From: Heteronotia binoei
Lineage: Eukaryota
Direction of reading: 5' to 3'
DNA length: 64,000 nt
Assembly (NCBI RefSeq): GCF_032191835.1
Contig: NC_083234.1
Coordinates: 51,274,001 to 51,338,000, forward strand
Shown: one piece after another, positions 34,266 to 46,893 of the stretch
Layout of the letters: every line of letters begins with the position of its first letter
Position numbering within the stretch: the stretch's first letter is position 1
The notes under the pieces: model-generated
What the model was told of the DNA's origin: nothing
Databases searched by the model: none
The model's input: only the letters and a program-made list of their open reading frames with translations
Position numbers and translations under genes: made by a program

Positions 34266-34771
34266 CTTTGTGATGCTTTGTTCAACACACTATATCATGA
34301 TGTTATCTGAGTTAGGACTGATTCACAATGGCATCAAGTGGGATTAAATGAAGGATTGCACACATTAATGCTGATGATTTGGAACAGGGCCAGAACAGGG
34401 ACCCATTGTGGCTGATTTATGATGATGCATTTTTTTCCTCAGATTTTGGCTTGCTTGTGTGTTTGCAAAGGATTTTAGAAGCTACTTCTACTGAAATGAA
34501 ACTTGAGATAGGCAAAGGGACTCTGGCACTGTAGTACCTTTACTTATCCCAACTAAATAGATGTCTTTGTGGCAAATCTTTCAGTTTGTCCTCAACTAAT
34601 CCTTCTCTCTGCTTCTCTTCCAGGAGGGGCTTTCTAATGGTTCCAGTAGGAGGCTTTTACTAGTAGCTGGTGCCCACCTGCCTCTTCCCCTTCCCTTTCC
34701 TCTCCCCTCCCCTCCCCCCTCATCTGAATTTCCCCCTCCCCCACATACCTGTTGTGTACCTGGACACACTA

Positions 34772-34836
34772 ATGACAGCGTGGATCGTCCTCCCCATTAG
34801 CCTCTCTGCCTTCTCAATCACTGGAATATGGATTGT
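34772..34836 (+). CDS. TMEM150A: TMEM150A first coding exon (exon starts at 34624)
   Basis: MTAWIVLPISLSAFSITGIWI(V); acceptor ttccag at 34623; donor gtaaga. Confidence 0.95.
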
Positions 34837-37390
34837 GTAAGACTTGCTGTCTTCTTTGCCTTGATTTTTTTTGTCTGTAGAAAGGGAAACAATGTATGGT
34901 TGACTTGTAGGTTATGTCAGTTAAGCATCGGATTGTTTCCTCCCCCCCGCGCTGTGATCTCTTGCTATAAGAATCTGTTTTGGGGTTTGTGCTGGAAGAC
35001 TGACTTCCTGAAGGATACTGTTAAACAAAGCTGCTATGATGGCTGTGCCTTATAAAGGTGTAATCATTTTCAAACTGTAATCTTTTCCTGCTTCAGATCT
35101 CAAATTGAGAGATCTAAACTCCTCCCCCCAGTTCTAGATTGTTCTCCTGCTTTATATGTCTTGCTTATCTGAATATAGTCTGAAAACATCTGGGAATATC
35201 CCTGTTTAGGTATACCTGTATTTTAATATTATTTAAAGGGTACAGGTGTCCTATACTGATTGCTGTGAGGCAGCACATGATTTACAGAATTCACCCACAT
35301 TGGTGTGTGTTGCGCTTCAACATGTTTAATATTTAAGTGCTTCCAGCAGCAGATATAAATACTATGCTTCCTACTGCTGTCTAGCACCAAAGTGGGTATG
35401 TTTCCCCTTGGAGAAATGGCAGCAGCTGTTTGAACATGAAAGGCACATCCTCCCACAATTTCACAGGGACAAACATGTTCCAAGTGAAAGAGGGATTCCT
35501 CATTGCGGCTGCTTCACAATAGTGGATTGTCTTCATCTCTACAAAGAACCAGAAAACTAGATGTGTCCTTAGCTTACCCTGCAGTACCTTTCTGCAGCCA
35601 CAGAGGGGAACTCTGTATGTGAGAGAAAGAACCATTAGAAATATTGATATGCAGCTCACCTCTTCAAGATGACTTTGCCACGTATTGTAGTTCAGGTCAT
35701 GAGCCTGCTCTGTTCCAAGGGATCAGTGGTAGCAGTGCTACGCTTTGGTTTCTAAGAAAGCAAGTTTAGTTCTCCCATATAATGCTAACATCAGTCACTG
35801 AGAGTCAGTTTGGGTAAAATGTTGTGGCTCTTAGGCCACGTCAAGTTTTGGAGCATTGGTGTGCTTGCCACTGACAATTGCTTTGTGCAGTCAAGACTAC
35901 ACAGCTGTGGGAAAGTGTAAGTCACCTTCCTGGATCATATGCGAAGTGCTGGTAATGCATAAGCAAAAATACCCTGTACAAATGAACAGATTCATATGGG
36001 AGAAGAGATCGAAATGCTCATGTAGTCACAGGAACCCTGATCCAGATACAGGGCATTTTTAGTACAAAACTGCAAATAATCTCTAACCCAGAAGGCTACA
36101 AGCCTGATCCTGTCCTGGCATTTGTGAGGTAGATTACATCCCAGAACAAAGGACAGACAGTCGGTCTCTGTGACTGTGACCAGCCCCCCTTTCTTCTGGT
36201 TTGAATTAGTCTGGTCTTGATGACTTTTCATGTTGGTGAGACTGCTCTTCAGAAGCAAGCAGATTTCCTTCCTCTGACATATTTATGTGTAGAGGCCTCT
36301 AAGTAGGGGCAGAACTTGGCAACAAATATGCAAGCAGAAGTTCAAGAATGACTTATCATTGTAGAACTGGAGACAGCCATCGAAGTTGAGCTTGCAGAGG
36401 CCAAAGGTGATATTCCCAGAGGCACACCCGTTTCTGGTAAAAACAAATTTTAAAAATGGTTGGCGAAGGCAGCTCCTAAGTTCTTTCAAGGGCTGGAAAT
36501 TTTCCCTAACATTTGTCTTGGTGGAATCATCTAACTGTTGATGTACACCTTTTACTACAACTTAACCCCCTGAGAGAAAGGTGATGAGCCTAGAATCCCT
36601 ATTGTGTGGAATGACTGACGATTTTCAATTCCAGCTTCTATGAACAAATCAGCAATTGTGTCTCAAGACAATTGGCTGTGTAAACAAGGCCCCAGAGGAT
36701 GGAAATCAGGGCCATCCAATCCAAGTCAGAAATAGAATGGATTCCAAAGGAGAGGGTAATGGGACCTTAAAGCAGAATAAAAAGCAACACAAATTCCTTC
36801 CTGACATCTAGTCAGTGCTAGGCTTGCCATCTTCCCCTAAGCTGGTGTTGTGCCCCAATCTTTTATGGGTGGGAACAGCTGCATTCTTGAACTGGTCCTA
36901 TTACCCTTTTCAAAGCATCCAGTAGGCCTGCTGATGGACAAGGAAGAAGAGGAGAGGCTTGGCTTTGTCTCTGTTACAGCTGGGCAAGCAGAAGAGTTCA
37001 CTGTTGATCTTGGCCTTTATATCTTCAGGAAGTCTCCCTTAGTTATAAATTCCCCTCTGTAAAAGGCTACATGGGCATCCTAGAAAATTGTTTTCCCATT
37101 CACTTCATTTGAACTCATTTAAGAGACATTTGTAATAAGTCCTGCACCATATTGGTTCATTGATCATATTTAAACTGCCTGGTGGCTGCTTTTAACTAAT
37201 AGAACACATATAACTTTGGGAAGTTAGGTTGAAAAGATGGGGGAGGTGGAATATATTATTCTTTGAATAATTGCTTTTTTTCATCTTGCCTATTATATAC
37301 TGCTATTTTAATGCATGCTTGCTACTCTGTGGTTTAAATGTGAAACCCTCTCTTCTGCATGGTAAGTCCTGCTCTTTCTGCTCCTCACAG

Positions 37391-37438
37391 ATATGCCATG
37401 GCAGTGATGAATCACCATGTGTGCCCTGTTGAGAACTG
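37391..37438 (+). CDS. TMEM150A: TMEM150A coding exon 2
   Basis: 48 nt, YAMAVMNHHVCPVEN(W). Confidence 0.95.
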
Positions 37439-37554
37439 GTGAGCCTTTTCATCATGCAGAAGGATAAAATCCTTTGAGATCTATTGTGTTCCATGTGTTT
37501 CCTTATACCCAGAGATTTCTACAACTCCAGTTTAATGTATTCTAACTGCTGCAG

Positions 37555-37641
37555 GTCCTACAATGAGTCTTGCTCTTCTGAATCTGCCAAGCGTGGCTAC
37601 CCAAAAAGCTGCTGCACCTTGGAGGATATCCCTTTAATTAG
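37555..37641 (+). CDS. TMEM150A: TMEM150A coding exon 3
   Basis: 87 nt, [28 protein letters not shown](S). Confidence 0.94.
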
Positions 37642-37792
37642 GTGAGGAGGAAAGAAGCTTGAATCTTTAAAAATGGGAGGGCAGCAGTCCCTGCATCCCT
37701 GGGGACAAGCCAGTTCGGGCCTGGAGAACACCTTAGGTACAGCAGAGGCAGAAACAGTAGCTTTGCTAAGCATGGTGTCTTATGCATGTGTT

Positions 37793-38063
37793 AAAAAGGT
37801 AAACGTAGTCCCCTGTGTAGTCATTTCTGACTCTGGGGTGACGTCACATCATGATGTTTTTATGGCAGACTTTTTATGGGGTGGTTTGCCATTGCCTTCC
37901 CCAGTCATCTACACTTTACTCATTTTACTGACCTCGGAAGGATGGAAGGCTGAGTCAACCTTGAGCCGGCTACCTGAACCCAGCTTCTGCCGGGATCAAA
38001 CTCAGGTCGTGAGTACAGCTTGGACTGCAGTACTGCAGCTTACCACTCTGTTCCATGGGGCTC
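37793..38063 (-). mobile_element. Sauria-type SINE
   Basis: Same family as 14077-14352 and 40519-40821. Confidence 0.85.
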
Positions 38064-38099
38064 TTACATTCAGGTGTTAGAAGGTCTTACATTCAGGTG

Positions 38100-38917
38100 T
38101 TCAATGTGGCCAAGTGCAAAGTAATGCACATTGGGGTCAAGAATCCCAGCTACAAATACAAGTTGATGGGGTGTGAACTGGCAGAGACTGACCAAGAGAG
38201 AGATCTTGGGGTCGTGGTAGATAACTCACTGAAAATGTCAAGACAGTGTGCGTTTGCAATAAAAAAGGCCAACGCCATGCTGGGAATTATTAGGAAGGGA
38301 ATTGAAAACAAATCAGCCAGTATCATAATGCCCCTGTATAAATCAATGGTGCGTTCTCATTTGGAGTACTGTGTGCAGTTCTGGTCACTGCACCTCAAAA
38401 AGGGTATTATAGCATTGGAGAAAGTCCAGAAAAGGGCAACTAGAATGATTAAAGGGCTGGAACACTTTCCCTATGAAGAAAGGTTGAAACACTTGGGGCT
38501 CTTAGCTTGGAGAAACATCAACTGCGGGGTGACATGATAGAGGTTTACAAGATAATGCATGGGATGGAGAAAGTAGAGAAAGAAGTACTTTTCTCCCTTT
38601 CTCACAGTACAAGAACTCATGGGCATTCGGTGAAATTGCTGAGCAGACAGGTTAAAATGGATAAAAGGAAGTACTTCTTCACCCAAAGGGTGATTAACAT
38701 GTGGAATTCACTGCCACAGGAGGTGGTGGCGGCCACAAGCATAGCCACCTTCAAGAGGGGGTTAGATAAAAATATGGAGCAGAGGTCCATCAGTGGCTAT
38801 TAGCCACAGTGTGTGTGTATATATATATATATAATTTTTTTTGGCCACTGTGTGACACAGAGTGTTGGACTGGATGGGCCATTGGCCTGATCTAACATGG
38901 CTTCTCTTATGTTCTTA
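38100..38917 (+). mobile_element. CR1 LINE 3' fragment
   Basis: FNVAKCKVMHIG...DLGVVVD...[10 protein letters not shown]...[10 protein letters not shown]; ttatgttctta tail. Confidence 0.93.
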
Positions 38918-39006
38918 AGGTCATATATTGGACAGTGGTTTGGGAGGGTGAATGCATTTGTGGTGGTTCCTCTCAATCGCGGTAACTATTTTTCTTTTTC
39001 TTGCAG

Positions 39007-39074
39007 TAAATGTGGTACTTACCCTCCTGAAAGTTGCCTTTTCAGCCTTATTGGAAATGTTGGGGCTTTTATGG
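39007..39074 (+). CDS. TMEM150A: TMEM150A coding exon 4
   Basis: 68 nt, [22 protein letters not shown]. Confidence 0.95.
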
Positions 39075-39771
39075 GTAAGTACTTCACCATTTTGCCAACC
39101 TTTGACAACTTGGCTAGGAAGATGGAAAGCTGGCCAGTGGCACCAACCCTTAAGCTAGCTAGCCAGCTTTTTTCCCATGCAGCTTATTGGCACTGTGTCT
39201 CCTTCCTTCCTAAAATATTTACTGCTTGGAAGAGGTTTGCAGCTGAGCAAAATTTTCCAGAGTGAGTGCCAGATCTTCAAGAGGGAGTACAGGAAGTCTC
39301 GCTGCAGAGGAAACTGTATCTGCTTGGCAGTTGATGCTATACTGGCTTGTGGGACTTGAGGAAAAAAACCCTGCCTGATTGCTCAAGAGGCAGAGGTGAC
39401 CTGGGAGGGGCATCCTGAAGGGTGACAGAGTGTTTCCTGGGAGTATTCATTCAGCTTCAGGGCTTATTGTACTTACATGCTGAAGAGCTTGCTACTCAAG
39501 GGTTTTTGTTCAGTTACCTCTTTGGCTTTTGAGATTCCACCAATCATAGGCCATGCATTTTCAGTGATGTCTTTGCCATTTTAAGAGCTAGAGGTTTACT
39601 TTTTGGACCTTTTTGCACTCTCGAGGAATTGCAGCACAGCCTTATGAGATATAAAAAGACAGCCACTTTGAAAACCAACCTCCTGTGCTGCTTTGTTTTC
39701 TTTCAAACAGACTTGAAGCAGCATGTCTGATACCTAAGAATCCAAACTGTCTCTCTTGCTTCCTCCAACAG

Positions 39772-39899
39772 TGGTGGTGATCTGTTTCCTACGCTATGGG
39801 CAGCTGATAGAGCAGAGCCACAGCTCCTGGGTGAACACCACAGCACTGATCACAGGCTGCACCAACGCTGCAGGCTTGGTCATGGTTGGCAATTTCCAG
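39772..39899 (+). CDS. TMEM150A: TMEM150A coding exon 5
   Basis: 128 nt, (V)[42 protein letters not shown]. Confidence 0.95.
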
Positions 39900-40206
39900 G
39901 TTGGTGAACAAGGTGGGAGAGGGGTGATGGGTTGTGCTCCAGGTAGGAAAGCAGTCCTTGGGGAAAGTTTTTGTACAGTCCCTTCTCATCAAGGATGACC
40001 CATTTCCCCTGTCATTGGGGAAGATGGATTTTGGCCCATGCTGGAACAGAGGGCAGTAGAAGGGAGAAGCTCCTAGATCAGTTGGTGTCTAGTGTAGGAA
40101 GCAGAACAAGGGTTGCTGTTGCATTCCAGCTTTGGGACAGAGTTGTAGTTGGTACTGTTAAACGAGGTGGTGGGTGGCAGAGTAAGCTTCTCTTTCACAA
40201 CTGTTG

Positions 40207-40445
40207 TTCACCAGCATGGTGTAGTGGTTAAGAGCAGCAGCTTCTAATCTTGATAACCAGGTTTGTCTCCCCACTTCTCCACATGAAGCCTGCTGGGAAA
40301 CCTTGGGCTGGTCTCTCAGGACTCCCTCAGCCGGGTCTATCTCACAAAGTGACTGTTGTGGGGAGGGGAAGAGAAGGTGATTGTAAACCACATTAACAGT
40401 CCATAGGGTAGAGAAAAGTGGGTAGAGAAAAAACCAAATCTTCTT
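40207..40445 (+). mobile_element. MIR/Squam3-like SINE
   Basis: tggtgtagtggttaag head, core, tail; similar to 8446-8683. Confidence 0.7.
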
Positions 40446-40518
40446 CATACTGTGCAAGAAGAGATACCAATTCAATTGTATGCAGCCAATCCCAAAAAGG
40501 GGGGGGGGGTAAAAGGGA

Positions 40519-40821
40519 GGCTCCCCCGTGGCACAGAGTGGTAAAGCAGCAGTACTGCAGTACTGTGGTCTGAACTCTCTGCTCACGACCTGAGTTCGAT
40601 TCTGGCAGAAGCTGGATTCAGGTAGCCGGCCCAAGGTTGACTCAGCCTTCCATCCTTCCGAGGTCAGTAAAATGAGTACCCAGCTTGCTGGGGAGAAAGT
40701 ATAAAAGACTGGGGAAGGTAATGGCAAACTACCCTGTAAAAAAGTCTGCCGTGAAAACGTTGTGAAAGCAACGTCACCCCAGAGTCAGAAACGACTGGTG
40801 CTTGCACAGGGGACCTTTCCT
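40519..40821 (+). mobile_element. Full-length Sauria-type SINE
   Basis: tRNA-like head (gtggcacagagtggtaaag ... gagttcgattc), core, BovB-like tail gcttgcacaggggacctttcc. Confidence 0.88.
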
Positions 40822-40966
40822 CCCCCCCCCCCCCAGTGATTTTTTTCTGGCCTAAGAAGATGCCAAACCTGTCTTCTTTTTCTGGGAAAGAGTTTTTTTT
40901 TTGCTGGAGGCAAGAGTACAGCAAAATGCCTTCAGTGCCTCTGTTTGGCTTTTCCCTGTTCCATAG

Positions 40967-41144
40967 GTGGACTATGCCAGATCCCTTCACTACATTGGAG
41001 CTGGTGTTGCCTTCCCAGCTGGCCTGCTGTTTGTCTGCCTGCAGTGTGTCCTCACCTATCACGTTGCAGTCTCTGCCCTGGACTTCTGGATGGCGCATCT
41101 CCGCGTCTTTCTTACTATTGTGGCCTTAATCTCTCTTGTCCTCA
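40967..41144 (+). CDS. TMEM150A: TMEM150A coding exon 6 (followed by U12 donor)
   Basis: 178 nt, [59 protein letters not shown]. Confidence 0.94.
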
Positions 41145-41712
41145 GTATCCTTTTCTGGTAACAAGTGCCAGGTCACTTGGAGGGATAGGAGGAGGGAAGG
41201 AGAGCGTTGCGTCTGGAAAGTACTCCCATAGACCAGAGACTGTGTGGCACCATATGAAGCTGCCTCATACTGATTTGGACCACTGGCCAAGACCACTATT
41301 GTCTCCTCTTCCAAAGTCTCAGGCCTTCCCAGTCATCTGCTATCCAGTCAGTTTTACTGGAGACGCCCTTTGTTACCACTGCACTGCCCCACCATACATG
41401 CCCTTGCTTGTGGTCAGCACAAGAATAGTTGAAGCAAGCCAGCTGTGCTAGTCCATTGCTTCAGACAAGGGGTTTGGGATGCTGGTCTGTTTGTGGACTG
41501 TATGCTGCCATCATTGCACAGAGAAACCTCACCTTGCAATCCAAACAATAAGGGATCACATTCCCTGCAGTGTGCAGTCAAAGTTTAGCGGCACCTAATT
41601 GCTCAACTTAACTGGGCATGCCATCTTCTTCCACTGTCACAGTCCCCTTCCCCTCTTCTGCTTTTGGAACTCCCAAGCTCTCGTGCCTTTCCTTTAACCC
41701 CAATTCTGTCAG
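41145..41712 (+). other. TMEM150A: U12-type (minor spliceosome) GT-AG intron
   Basis: Donor GTATCCTTTT; branch-point-like TTCCTTTAAC about 15 nt from the 3' AG; no polypyrimidine tract. Confidence 0.85.
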
Positions 41713-41954
41713 GTGGCATCTTCTTCATCCACGAGAGCTTCCTCCTGCAGCATCTGGCTGCCATCTGCGAATGGCTGTTTGTCATTGACATCCTGGTCTT
41801 CTACGGCACTTTCACCTATGAGTTTGGTGCTGTCTCCAACGACACCTTGGTGGCTGCGCTGCAGCATTCGAACAGCAGGGGGTGCAAGTCCCCAGGGAGC
41901 AGCAGCACCTCCACACACCTCAACTGTAACCCTGAGAGCATTGCCATGATATGA
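41713..41954 (+). CDS. TMEM150A: TMEM150A last coding exon (stop)
   Basis: (S)GIFFIHES...[24 protein letters not shown]...CNPESIAMI*; spliced CDS 816 nt = 271 aa. Confidence 0.96.
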
Positions 41955-44294
41955 AGGAGGGACAGGAAGGCTTGCTTGGCCATCCCATCCTGCAGCTGCA
42001 ATGAGCTGCCTATCTATCTTTTACTTTTTTTCCCCCAATGGGGGAAGAGGGACATCTCCCTCCTGGTGGTTTTTTGTACCAAAAGGGGTTTTTTTAAATA
42101 AAAAGTTATTGCTGCCAGTTCCCGCACCCCTCCCTCTCCTCACTCAGAGTGCCACTTGTCCAGCTGGGAGCCAGAGCCTGTTTATGTCTAGGTGCTGGAA
42201 GGGAGATGCTCTGCAAAGCAGCAGAGCTCTCAAGGAGATCCCAGCTAGAATTAGATGATGGCAACCTTCTCTTCCCGTCTTGCTGCAGCATCTTAGGGAA
42301 CAGCTCTAGGCAGGTCTGCTTAGAAGTCCCACTTTACTCACTGGGGCATGATCCAAGGGAAGGATTGCTGCAGCCTTAGCCTTTTACTGCCCCTTGGGGT
42401 AGTGACCCAGTGCCAAAGGGAACCTCTGCTGTTTCCAGCCTCATTATAAACAGTGCCTGATTCCAGTTTCCCGGACAGCAGGGGCCAGAGTTTGGCCACC
42501 TAGGCTTGGGGGGTTACTCTTTGGGTGCCTGTAATGATGGCTGCTCATGAGCATATGATTGCGTCTCACTGCCACTCCCCACTTACCTACCTTCCAGTAT
42601 AAGTACATGGACACAAACCAAGCTGCTATAGGAACGCAGGAGGTACAAATAGTTCTTGTGACAGTTCCCAGTCTGGGTAGGCTCCTCCTCCGCTGGCATA
42701 TAGGAAATAGGTCTCTTACCAACACACAAACCACAATGCCTCACACTGCACCTGGAGGAAGGACAAGTGACGAAACGGGGCCTTGCCAGAAGCAGAAGGA
42801 TGGACCTGCCCTCTTGCTGGACTGTCTCATATACTGTTGTTTCCTGATCTCTCCTATAGCGAGTTGCCAGCTGGAATGGGCAATGGGAACGTTTCTGGTC
42901 CTCGGGCCCACTAGTCTGAGCCGGTTGGTTTGGGTGAAATGTTTGGATATTTTTAGAACTTTTTTTTATATCTCTATATAAAATGTGTATAAAGAGAATT
43001 GTATCAGAGCGACTCTGTCCTTTATTTGGGAGAGGAAATAAGAGAAGGGGCCCTCTCCTCTGGCATGTCTCTTTCACTCTCTGGGGGTCTTCTGTGCACT
43101 GATTGTTCCCATGTGTCCTGCACACACAGTCAGGCTAGAGTTGCAGTGAGGGTGGCCAGCAGCAAAATGGGCTTCAGCTGGCCTGAAGTGCCCCAAGTGG
43201 TGAGACTTCCTTATGGTAACTAGTGTTTATCTTTAATACCATCATTAGGCTGTGGGAATTGCTTTAAAATCCTAGTCCCCTCTTGTGCAAACCAAAAACT
43301 GGAAGAAAAAAAGAGTGTCAAAGGGCTGAGTCCTTGGCTTCCCCTTCAAGTGCTGATGTCACAAACTCATGGCTTAAGCACAGCCCTGCTCTTTCTAGAT
43401 GCCAGAACTGGTAAGTACAAGTGGGAGGTGTGGCTTCAGGACTCCTTGTTCCTGGGCCTGCCTGTTGTCAGTGCAGGCTGTGAGATTTTAGAGTCCTGAA
43501 GCCAGGCAGCTGGGGTGGGAAGAGAAAGCCCTACCATGCTTCTTGCCATTTTATTACTCTATAAAAGGGGAGAAAAGTGACCCTACTGGGGTTAAGCTCT
43601 GCTGGGCTTACAGCCCAGCTTTGCCATAGAACTCTGCAAGCAGACGTTCCAGAACACTGGAACATAACTGCAGGGGGCTTCTAGGCCACATCTGCAGCGT
43701 ACAAGAACCAGGTGCAGAAAACATTGTAAACTGTGATGTGCAAACATAACAAGTAAGCACAAGTGGAGAAAAATGGGGCAAGTAGGGGTCCATACAAATT
43801 TGTACCACTGCTGTGCCACCCCTTGCCAACTGGAGGGCAGCTACACACAAAAATTGACTTCAGGGCAGTTTGACTGGCTGGTAAAATAGCCAATCAGGTA
43901 CATAAGCCTTTTACTGGAGGGGGGTTCTGTTGTGCTGCGGTTGAATATAACAAAACAAAAAGGCGCACCACACAGTGCTGTTTGCAAGATAACTCCAGAA
44001 GTTTCCTGGAGTTACTGTGTATATTCCCAATGCCCAACTCTTCCGCATGAGTCTCCATGGCATATGTAACATATAGTGTGATTTGGTACTATACATGCCT
44101 GATCCAGCAACAACTTCACCCCCTAGCATCTACATTGATCAGAAGAAGCAATGTTCACAAATGTGGCATCTCTTAAAACACAGACACCCCAAAATTAACT
44201 GAAGGATGCTTTGCCCAAGATGAAGCTTCCAAAACAAGAACAGATGCATCTATTCCAGTATGTAGCTATATGGCACCAAGCTTATTTCATTTTT

Positions 44295-44484
44295 TGCTGT
44301 TGAGTCACAGCTGACTTATGATGACTCTGTAGAGAAGTTCAGGGGTGGTTTGCCATTGCCTGCCTCCACATCATGACCTTGGGTATTCCTTGGAGGTCTC
44401 CCTTCCAAGCACTATCCACAACCAACTCTGGTTAGCTTCTGAGATCTGATAAGATTGGAGCAGCCTGTGCTATCAAGGTCAGGG
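44295..44484 (-). mobile_element. 5S rRNA-headed SINE, tail type A
   Basis: 5S-like head plus ggcaatggcaaaccacccct tail on the minus strand. Confidence 0.75.
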
Positions 44485-45063
44485 GATATATAGCAAATAG
44501 AACTCTGCAAGCAGACATTCCAGAATACTGGAACATAACTGGAGGGGGCTTCTAGGCCACATATGAAGCACACAAGAGCCAGCTGCAGAAAACAAGATTC
44601 ACCCTACTAGCAAGAGATATTCAGAGTCAAGAAACAGAAAAAGGGAGAAAGAGGTCTTTATGTCAGGGAACTAGCTGCTTATCCCTTCCTTTAGCTCACA
44701 GAATAGCATGAGCTCCAGCCCATCCAGTCCCCATGAAGATGAGAACAGCTATCCAAGAACATGTTTCATCCTGTCCAGGGAGAGAGAAAACTGCAAACTT
44801 TTTAAAAACACCCCAAACCGATTCCATTATGGGGAAGGATACAGAAGAACCACACCATGAGAACAATTTAATAAGCATGGAGAAATTTATTTCTGGACTC
44901 CTGGAAGAAGGCAGCATTTCTGTGGGACAAGCCCATGGCCAGATACAGGAAGAGGAGGAATACTGTGCCAAGAGCATCCTGGTCCCTGCCAGCCATGAAA
45001 GTGGTTGTAGGTAATCCCCCTGTGCTGGGGGGGAGTAGGGAAGGCTCAAGAGGAAAGGATGTG

Positions 45064-45123
45064 TCATGTGTACATTGCCCCATGAAGGTACTCCAGCCGA
45101 TGTGCTTGCTGCTCCCTCCGCAA
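45064..45123 (-). CDS. RNF181: RNF181 exon 5 (stop)
   Basis: LRREQQAHRLEYLHGAMYT*; candidate AATAAA on minus at 44886-44891. Confidence 0.95.
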   Translation of the reverse strand: MRREQQAHRLEYLHGAMYT

Positions 45124-46167
45124 CTGTTGCATAAAAAGGAAAGTTTCAGGTGGGTAACTGTTAGTCTGTAGTAGCAAAGTCAAACTCACTTAGATACAAA
45201 CACTATATCTGACAGTAGAGCTCTGACTTATAAAATTTCATTGGTCTTCAAAGTACTACTTTACTCAAATTTTGTTCTATACAAAGGGACAAATGCCAGG
45301 TTTTGTTAGATGACAGCTGGCATGTGGCACAATTCAGGGACTTGAGAGAAGGAGGTGACTCTTAAATTTAGTGCACAGAAAAGGGCCCAATTTACACTCA
45401 AAGGCATTTAGCTAAAAGATAGAGCAGATGTCAGAATGGCAATTTCAACTTTGCCAGGTGCCCCTGAGTTACTCCATGGTTACACACTTGATAAAAATTG
45501 ACAGGAGAGCTCAGGCATAACTGCACCGTATTGCAACTTCCCCAACATGTACCTTCAGCTCAAAGGTTTTTACAGCTCCTCCAGGGTCCTCTGTAGTATA
45601 TTGTTATGGTAGCACTTGGCCAAAGTTAATAATCACTCCTAAGTGTGTGCATTGCTTTTATTCCTGACATAATGTCAGGTAAGGTAGGTTACTGGTTGCA
45701 GGAACAGCTTTGCCTAAGACCATCTTGTTGGGTTTACAAAAGGTGACTTCATAACTGGGGCTGGCCTGATTCATAGCTTGGATGCTTAACCAATGCTATT
45801 GTCTCTCTTGTTGGTGTACAATGTGTATTTACAAGCACTGCTGCATTTCTGGATACAATAAAGGCATTGGTAGGGAGGTGGATAGACTGGCTCCAAACAT
45901 GTAACTGCATCTTCAGTCACCTTCTCTTGACTCCATCCCAAGTTGAATAGTTAAGGAACTATTTATAGCTCCTTAAAGCTCAATGGATTGCAAGGATGCT
46001 ATATTTATACACCACCCTGAGAAATAAAGTGAGCCTGCAAGTTAAGCCATTGCTATGAACAGGGTAGACGTCAAGAGGAAGTGGTTTGCCTAAAGCTGTC
46101 TGTCTCTGGTTCAAGGCTACAGTAAGCTTTGAACTGAGCACTTCCAGACCTACAGCCCATCACTCAC

Positions 46168-46242
46168 CTTGTCCTGTTTGAACTCCTCATATAGTTCATC
46201 ATCAGTAGGCAGTTCATAACGACAGAGGGGACAGGAGTTGGT
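46168..46242 (-). CDS. RNF181: RNF181 exon 4
   Basis: 75 nt, [25 protein letters not shown]. Confidence 0.96.
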
Positions 46243-46335
46243 CTGGACAAGAAAGGAAGACTTAGTATCAGTGTTCCAGGAAATGCCATCCCCCATCAGT
46301 GTTAGGTAAGGATATCTCCCTGTGCTGGTTCCCAC

Positions 46336-46445
46336 CTTTCCAAGCCAGGGAAGGATACAGTCTTTGTGGAAGAAGTGTTCACACGGCATCTTTCTGACCA
46401 CCTCATCCTCCTCAAATTCAAGCAGGCATATAGGACACTTCAACC
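46336..46445 (-). CDS. RNF181: RNF181 exon 3 (RING-H2)
   Basis: 110 nt, [36 protein letters not shown]. Confidence 0.96.
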
Positions 46446-46893
46446 CTGAAAAAGAGAAGAAGAGAAGAAACAAAGTTGGAAGAGGGGAAACAATTATCTT
46501 AGTTGGGAGTATGCTCTGGCTCTGACAGAGAATGGCTACAACTTGTCAAGCTCTGCTTCAAAATCCCCTAAAAATTGTCCCAAGATGGCTCCAAACTCTT
46601 ATGCAGACCTATGCACACCATATACTTATCAATTAGGCACTTGCACACTCAATGTTTGTCCCCCCTCCTCCAAATTTAAAGCATTAATTTGTGCTGTATG
46701 ATTTGGCAGCAGGAAGCTAGGATGTGGGTAAAGAAAAAGTTATGTAAGAACAGACAGAATCAACATCCCCTGGAAACCAAAGCCTTTTACAGAACCACCT
46801 GATATCTTGACGTATGAGGGATAGTACCTTTAAAATTATAGTTTTTAAAACTGCAATAATATATTCTGCTCTGAATTCCAGAGCAATCATTTT

